Shown here: one piece after another, positions 59,148 through 64,000 of the stretch
Layout: each line of letters starts with the position of its first letter
How positions within the stretch are numbered: position 1 is the first letter of the stretch
Origin: an uncultured Actinomycetes bacterium
GTDB lineage: Bacteria; Actinomycetota; Acidimicrobiia; Spongiisociales; ZC4RG35
Reading direction: 5' to 3'
Length of the DNA stretch: 64,000 bases
NCBI GenBank assembly: GCA_963730285.1
Contig: CAVSQY010000001.1
Location: 140 to 64,139, forward strand
Notes under the pieces: generated by a model
Database searches by the model: none
Told to the model about the DNA's origin: nothing
The model's input: the letters and a program-made list of their open reading frames with translations, nothing else
Made by a program: the position numbers and the translations under genes

Positions 59148-59262
59148 CCGCGAGGGAGGGGAACTTCCCCCAGGGGACATCCCCCCTTATCAGCCAGGTG
59201 ACCCTGCCGCATGATCCCCAATAGCGCTGCCATCACTGGCGGTCGCAACGAGGAGGACCACC

Positions 59263-59460
59263 ATGCATCAGGCAAGAGCCGATCTAATCAAGCTGGCCGA
59301 GACGCTTCGGCAAAGCACCCCAAACCGCGCCAATGAACAGGACAGGGGTCGTCATACCCGCGAGCCATCGGGCGAATCGGCGGTTCAAGCGTTGGCGAGC
59401 GGTCTCAGCTCGATTGGAGATCGGCTGATGACCCGACGGGCACGGGTCCGGATTCCCTAG
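59263..59460 (+). CDS. small hypothetical protein (65 aa)
   Basis: GGAGGA RBS 7 nt before the ATG. The protein is hydrophilic with no recognisable domain. Confidence 0.25.
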   Translation: MHQARADLIKLAETLRQSTPNRANEQDRGRHTREPSGESAVQALASGLSSIGDRLMTRRARVRIP

Positions 59461-59493
59461 CGGCCTGATGTCGGCAGTTGGGCGGACGGGCCA

Positions 59494-60237
59494 CTAGACC
59501 GGCGGTCCGTATCCGACTTCCCAAAGAGTGAGGCCGTGGGGCGGCGCCACAGTCGCCACCCGGCTCCGATCATGCGCCTCGATGATCGGCTCGACTTCGG
59601 ATATGTGGAGGAGCCCGCGACCGACGTCATAGATGAGCCCTGTCAACGATCGGACCATCTGGTGACAAAAGGCATTGGCCTTGACCCAGAATGTCACGAT
59701 GTCGCCATCGATCTCGATACGCGACTCTTCGACCCTGCGGACGTTGCTCTTCCCCTCCACCGATCGGCAAAACGACGTGAAGTCGTGCTTGCCAACGAAG
59801 AGAGCGGCCGTCTCCGACATCAGACGCTCGTCGAGCGAGCGCCCAGCATGCCAAACATGGCCCCGGGTCAATGGATCCGGTACCGGAGCGATCGAGATCA
59901 AGTAGCGATACCGACGCCATCGGGCAGAGAAGCGGGCGTTGAACCCGTCATCGACGACATCGACCTGGTTGATCGCTATCTCGGGGCCTAGCAGCCCGTT
60001 GAGTGATCGAGCCAGCCGATCGGGGTCGACCTCGGCACGCACCGGGAAGGACACCACCTGGCCCTTCGCGTGGACACCGGCATCGGTGCGACCGGCCACA
60101 CTCGATTCAACAGGCTCGGAGAGGACCTGCTCGATAGCCGCTTCCAGCTCACCTTGAACGGTTCTCAGGCCCACTTGCCGCGCATAACCGCGGAAACCCG
60201 AGCCGTCATAGGCGATGTCCATCCGAATGGTGGGCAT
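59494..60237 (-). CDS. truA: tRNA pseudouridine(38-40) synthase
   Basis: MPTIRMDIAYDGSGFRGYARQ ... RTDAGVHA catalytic Asp motif. The start is trimmed from the long ORF. Confidence 0.85.
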   Translation of the reverse strand: MPTIRMDIAYDGSGFRGYARQVGLRTVQGELEAAIEQVLSEPVESSVAGRTDAGVHAKGQVVSFPVRAEVDPDRLARSLNGLLGPEIAINQVDVVDDGFNARFSARWRRYRYLISIAPVPDPLTRGHVWHAGRSLDERLMSETAALFVGKHDFTSFCRSVEGKSNVRRVEESRIEIDGDIVTFWVKANAFCHQMVRSLTGLIYDVGRGLLHISEVEPIIEAHDRSRVATVAPPHGLTLWEVGYGPPV

Positions 60238-60791
60238 CAAAAGAGTGCGCCGAGAATGGCAAAAGGCACACCCAACAGGATGCGGAAGATCGCAGCCAAT
60301 GCAAAACCTATGAGGACCGAGACAGCAGCGTTGCGTGTATTCACATCGGCAGCCTCCCGGGTCGCCACCACCAGAATGACTAGATACCAGACAAGGCCGA
60401 CCGAGCCGCCCACAGCTCCGAACATCTCGAGGACGAGAGGAAGCACGGCAAGGCCCTGCAACCCGATCATCGTCTGAGGTCGGCTGGACGCGGAGAACAG
60501 CCGGGTGGCCGTGAACCACGTGGCGAATCCGAGGATCAGCCAGGAGACAACACCCGCGATCACATATTGGAACAGGTCCACCAGAGAGAACGAACCGAGA
60601 TGGCCATCGATGGCGAGACGCCCGACATAGGTGACGCCGGCGACTGCGGAGACCAGGATCGCCGCATCGGCCGCCGAGTCGCCATCGAAGAATGCCTCTG
60701 TGAATGGCTTGCGGTCGAGCAGAGTTGCCCGGCCCGCCCTGGAGAACATGTCGCTCACAACAGCGAGGCTAACTTCCCGACTGGTGCACAA
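60237..60791 (-). CDS. Yip1-like integral membrane protein
   Basis: 184 aa with five TM segments. Confidence 0.45.
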   Translation of the reverse strand: MCTSREVSLAVVSDMFSRAGRATLLDRKPFTEAFFDGDSAADAAILVSAVAGVTYVGRLAIDGHLGSFSLVDLFQYVIAGVVSWLILGFATWFTATRLFSASSRPQTMIGLQGLAVLPLVLEMFGAVGGSVGLVWYLVILVVATREAADVNTRNAAVSVLIGFALAAIFRILLGVPFAILGALF

Positions 60792-60818
60792 GCTCTTTTC
60801 GGGAGTGCTTGCCGGGCA

Positions 60819-61844
60819 CTAGCGACGCAGAAGCACCCGTTCGATCGAGTGGTCTCCAGCCTTCTCCAGGATCAGACTCGCCCGAGCACGGGTGGGGAGG
60901 ATGTTCTCAACCAGATTGACTTCGTTGACGCGCGCCCAAATGTCCTCGGCAACCCTCACGGCCTCGTCATCCGACAGGTCGGCATACCGGTGAAAGTACG
61001 CCTCGGGCTGGGCGAAAGCGGTGTCCCTGAGGGTGAGGAACCTCTCCACGTACCACTGGCGGATGTCTTCGACATCGGCGTCGACGAAGATCGAGAAGTC
61101 GAAGTAGTCGGACACGAACACCCCGCTGTCACCCGCCTGCAAGACATTGAGCCCTTCGATGATCAGGATATCCGGATTGGGCAGCACCCTGGTCTCGCCC
61201 TCGACCACGTCATAGGCGAAGTGGGAGTAGACGGGCACCTCGAGGGGCTCCTTCCCGGTCTTGGCTGCATCGATGAAGTCGAGGAGGGCACGTCGGTCGT
61301 AGCTTTCGGGAAATCCCTTTCGTTCCATCAGGCCTTTCTCCTCGAGAATGCCATTGGGGTACAGGAAACCGTCAGTCGTGACCAACTCGACCCGTGGGTG
61401 CTGCGGCCACTGGGAGAGCAGCTGCTGCAGCACACGCGAGATCGTCGACTTCCCGACGGCGACCGAGCCCGCAACACCCAGGACGAAAGGGAGCTGCCTG
61501 ACCGGCTCTCCCAAGAAGGTGTCCGTCACGGCAGAGAGCTGATGCCGGCCCTGCACGTGGAGATTGAGCAACCGGGACAGGGGCAGGAAACTCCGCTCCA
61601 CCATCTCGATGTCGAGATGCACATTGATTCCTCGGAGCTTCTCCACATCGGCATTGGTGAGCGTCATTGGCGTGTTGGCCCTCAAGGACGCCCAATCCTC
61701 TGCGCTGAACTCGAGATAGGAAGGGTGACTCAATTGCCTAAGGCTACCGCCCGACCGAGCCCCTCCCAGCTCCGAAAAAAGTTTGAGGTTCCACGCAAGT
61801 GCGCTCGAAATCTTCCGATAAGTCGAGAAGATGGGAAAGTTCAA
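60819..61844 (-). CDS. coaA: type I pantothenate kinase
   Basis: P-loop [12 protein letters not shown] and an N-terminal region matching E. coli CoaA (PMTL...LRGIN). The true start is probably downstream of 61844. Confidence 0.85.
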   Translation of the reverse strand: MNFPIFSTYRKISSALAWNLKLFSELGGARSGGSLRQLSHPSYLEFSAEDWASLRANTPMTLTNADVEKLRGINVHLDIEMVERSFLPLSRLLNLHVQGRHQLSAVTDTFLGEPVRQLPFVLGVAGSVAVGKSTISRVLQQLLSQWPQHPRVELVTTDGFLYPNGILEEKGLMERKGFPESYDRRALLDFIDAAKTGKEPLEVPVYSHFAYDVVEGETRVLPNPDILIIEGLNVLQAGDSGVFVSDYFDFSIFVDADVEDIRQWYVERFLTLRDTAFAQPEAYFHRYADLSDDEAVRVAEDIWARVNEVNLVENILPTRARASLILEKAGDHSIERVLLRR

Positions 61845-62520
61845 CGCTTCGCTGCGTCTGCCCGGGGACAGTCAGGCTCTCGATGCCGTGGTGCGCGTCC
61901 AGGAGGGCCGCATCCACGTTGCATCGGGCGAGCATGAGATCGGGGACTGGGACATCGGCAAGATCGAGCTGACTCGCGTGCCCGAGGGCTTTCGACTGGA
62001 ATCGGATGGCGAGGTCATCTTGCTCGACATACCCGACCGGGCCGTGTTCGAGCAGGAGGCAAACTCGGCGAACGGCAGGAAGCGGAAGCGCTCCAAGACC
62101 CCCAAGGACAAGACGAAGACCACTACACCAAGGGCCGAAAAGCCGAGAAAACAGAAGACGGATCACGCCACCGCTGTCCGGCCCCAGCCGGAAAGGGCGG
62201 TTTCCGGCCATGAAACGGTCATCGATCGATTTCTGGCGTCGGCCGAAGCCAGGTTCGGGACCATGCTCCCAAAGTGGGTATTCAGCCGCGGCGGGCTCGC
62301 GGTCGTGGTCGCCCTCATCGTGTTTGTGGTGATTTTTGCCCAGCTGATCTCGACCCTCCTGCTCATCGCAGGGGTAATCACGCTTCTCGTGGGTGGGATA
62401 ACCATGCTCGACAGCGTCATCGCCCGCAAAGTGCTCCGTCACCGCATCACCCCGATCAAGGTCGTGATCGTGGGCGGTTCTGTCTTCGTCGCCGGGCTAC
62501 TCCTGGGAGTGGTGGCCTAG
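61831..62520 (+). CDS. hypothetical membrane-anchored protein with Lys/Arg-rich linker
   Basis: N-terminal soluble domain, then a [26 protein letters not shown] linker and two C-terminal TM segments. Confidence 0.45.
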   Translation: MGKFNASLRLPGDSQALDAVVRVQEGRIHVASGEHEIGDWDIGKIELTRVPEGFRLESDGEVILLDIPDRAVFEQEANSANGRKRKRSKTPKDKTKTTTPRAEKPRKQKTDHATAVRPQPERAVSGHETVIDRFLASAEARFGTMLPKWVFSRGGLAVVVALIVFVVIFAQLISTLLLIAGVITLLVGGITMLDSVIARKVLRHRITPIKVVIVGGSVFVAGLLLGVVA

Positions 62521-62571
62521 CGCTTTGGCCATGATCGTCGGCGATGGTCGGGGCAAGCCGGGGGCGCAGTA

Positions 62572-62922
62572 CTAGACGAGCTCGATGATGGCTTCTTCGG
62601 TGCCGTCTCCTCGACGGGGGCCGAGCTTGGTGATCCGGGTGTAGCCACCGGGTCGATCCAGATAGCGGGGGGCAACGTCGTCGAAGAGCCTCACCACGGC
62701 CTCGCGGTTGGGGATCGTCTTCATCACGACCCGCTTCGAGTGCAAATCCCCCTTGCGGGCCTTGGTGATCAGCTTCTCAGCCAATGGTCGCACGGCCTGA
62801 GCACGTGAAAGCGTGGTCGTCACCTTCTCATGGATGAACAACTCGGTAGCCAGGTTCGACATGATCTTGCGGTCATGTGACGGTGACCCCCCAAAGCGGG
62901 GCCCCTTACGAGGGCGGGGCAT
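62572..62922 (-). CDS. rplQ: 50S ribosomal protein L17
   Basis: MPRPRKGPRFGGSPSHDRKIMSNLATELFIHEKVTTT... Confidence 0.95.
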   Translation of the reverse strand: MPRPRKGPRFGGSPSHDRKIMSNLATELFIHEKVTTTLSRAQAVRPLAEKLITKARKGDLHSKRVVMKTIPNREAVVRLFDDVAPRYLDRPGGYTRITKLGPRRGDGTEEAIIELV

Positions 62923-63866
62923 CAGCCGTTGCTCCCGGCGTCGGCAAGGCTGAGACCCAACTCGTCCAGCTTGGCCGTCACCTCTTCGAGGCTCTTTTGC
63001 CCGAAGTTCGTGATGTTGAGCAAATCGTCCGAGGTGCGCTCGACCAACTCACCGACCGTCTTGATCTGAGCCCGACGGAGACAGTTGCGGGGGCGCTCCG
63101 AAAGGTCCAGGGCCTCAATGGGGAGGTCGAGATCGGGTGAACTGGACACATCCGTCTGGATCTCGCCGAGTTCCAGGCCCTGGCCCTCGCCGAGATCGGC
63201 GAATAGGCCCATCAGCTCGCGCAATGTCTTGCCGGCCGAAGAGACGGCCTCACCAGGCTCGATTGCGCCATTGGTCTCGATGTCGAGAACCAGGCGGTCG
63301 AAGTTGGTCATCTGCCCGACCTGGGTGTTCTCCACCCGGTAGGAGACCTTGCGGACAGGTGAGAAGATCGAGTCGACCGGAATCACCCCGATGGTGGAGC
63401 TGGCGCCTTTGTTCCCGTCTGCCGTCCGGTAGCCGACTCCGGGCGCAACAGTCATCTCCATCTCGAGACGCCCGCTGGCGCTCAAGGTGGCGACAAGCAG
63501 GTCCGGGTTTACCACCTCGACACCGGCCGGTAGCTTGAAGTCTCCGGCCTTGACCTCGCCGGCGCCCTTAGCCGAGAGATAGAGGGTCTGTGTCTCGTGA
63601 TCCTCCATGCGAATGACTACACGCTTGATGTTGAGGATGATGTCGACCACGTCCTCGACCACACCAGGGATGGTGGAGAACTCGTGCTCCACTCCTTCGA
63701 TCTGGATCGACGTGATCGCCGCGCCGGGTATCCGGCTGAGCAGCGTTCGACGCAGGGTGTTGCCGAGTGTGTATCCGAAACCAGGCTCGAGAGGCTCGAC
63801 GACGATCTTGGACCGAACGTCCGTAATCGTTTCCTCTTCGATCTGGGGGCGCTGAACGATCAACAA
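62922..63866 (-). CDS. rpoA: DNA-directed RNA polymerase subunit alpha
   Basis: NTD and CTD both present (…ERPRNCLRRAQIKTVGELV…). Confidence 0.97.
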   Translation of the reverse strand: MLIVQRPQIEEETITDVRSKIVVEPLEPGFGYTLGNTLRRTLLSRIPGAAITSIQIEGVEHEFSTIPGVVEDVVDIILNIKRVVIRMEDHETQTLYLSAKGAGEVKAGDFKLPAGVEVVNPDLLVATLSASGRLEMEMTVAPGVGYRTADGNKGASSTIGVIPVDSIFSPVRKVSYRVENTQVGQMTNFDRLVLDIETNGAIEPGEAVSSAGKTLRELMGLFADLGEGQGLELGEIQTDVSSSPDLDLPIEALDLSERPRNCLRRAQIKTVGELVERTSDDLLNITNFGQKSLEEVTAKLDELGLSLADAGSNG

Positions 63867-63877
63867 AGGACTTACCT

Positions 63878-64000
63878 CACTTCGAATAGAGCTCGACGAT
63901 TAATTGTTCATTGATGTCTGTGTCGATCTGATCCCTGCGGGGCCGATCGGTCACATCCACCTTTCGCTCGCCCAAGTCGACCCGGAGCCAGGCCGGGGCC
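63878..64000 (-). CDS. rpsD: 30S ribosomal protein S4 (C-terminal part, truncated by window edge)
   Basis: Hand-translated ...[37 protein letters not shown] with a TGA stop at 63878-63880. Confidence 0.85.

Overview
This is a high-GC window (Actinomycetota-like, judged from synteny and gene content). Nearly all genes are on the minus strand. It mixes conserved housekeeping blocks with a roughly 22 kb cell-surface polysaccharide locus and a separate CDP-hexose modification cassette.

Running left to right, the supported content is as follows.
- A fluoride-riboswitch-controlled crcB pair with a partial DUF190 gene (1..968).
- An ABC-2 exporter, a flavodoxin-like gene and an unusual formyltransferase-fusion protein (1104..5088).
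- A fused HadAB-like MaoC dehydratase directly followed by an ECF sigma and anti-sigma pair (5093..6790).
- rpmG and tuf, preceded by tRNA-Met, tRNA-Thr and tRNA-Tyr carrying repeated leader hairpins and an unusual multi-hairpin spacer (6876..8939).
- htpX, a large secreted S8 protease, a Thr-rich lipoprotein, a MidA-like methyltransferase and an F420-type LLM oxidoreductase (9030..15483).
- A CDP-hexose cassette: rfbF, an SDR epimerase/dehydratase and two tandem TylCIII-like C-methyltransferases, with a divergent GT2 (15491..20737).
- groES and groEL with tandem CIRCE operators (20790..22836).
- tsaD, rimI, tsaB, tsaE, a family-4 udg, a P1 peptidase, alr, nnr and acpS (22877..29896).
- A polysaccharide locus (29893..51986) containing a DegT aminotransferase, several GT4 and GT2 glycosyltransferases, a secreted beta-helix lipoprotein, a Wzm/Wzt ABC exporter with a CE4 deacetylase, an 886-aa kinase-dead PCP, a CapD/PglF-like dehydratase, an epimerase, a GNAT, a Wzy-like membrane protein, a PglC-like sugar transferase and a formyltransferase.
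- YceI, a DUF1003 protein, glmS preceded by a glmS ribozyme, glmM, rpsI, rplM, ilvA, truA, a Yip1-like membrane protein, coaA, rplQ, rpoA and a partial rpsD (52138..64000).

I saw no CRISPR arrays, rRNA genes or mobile elements. The many long antisense ORFs in the six-frame track look like GC-driven artefacts.
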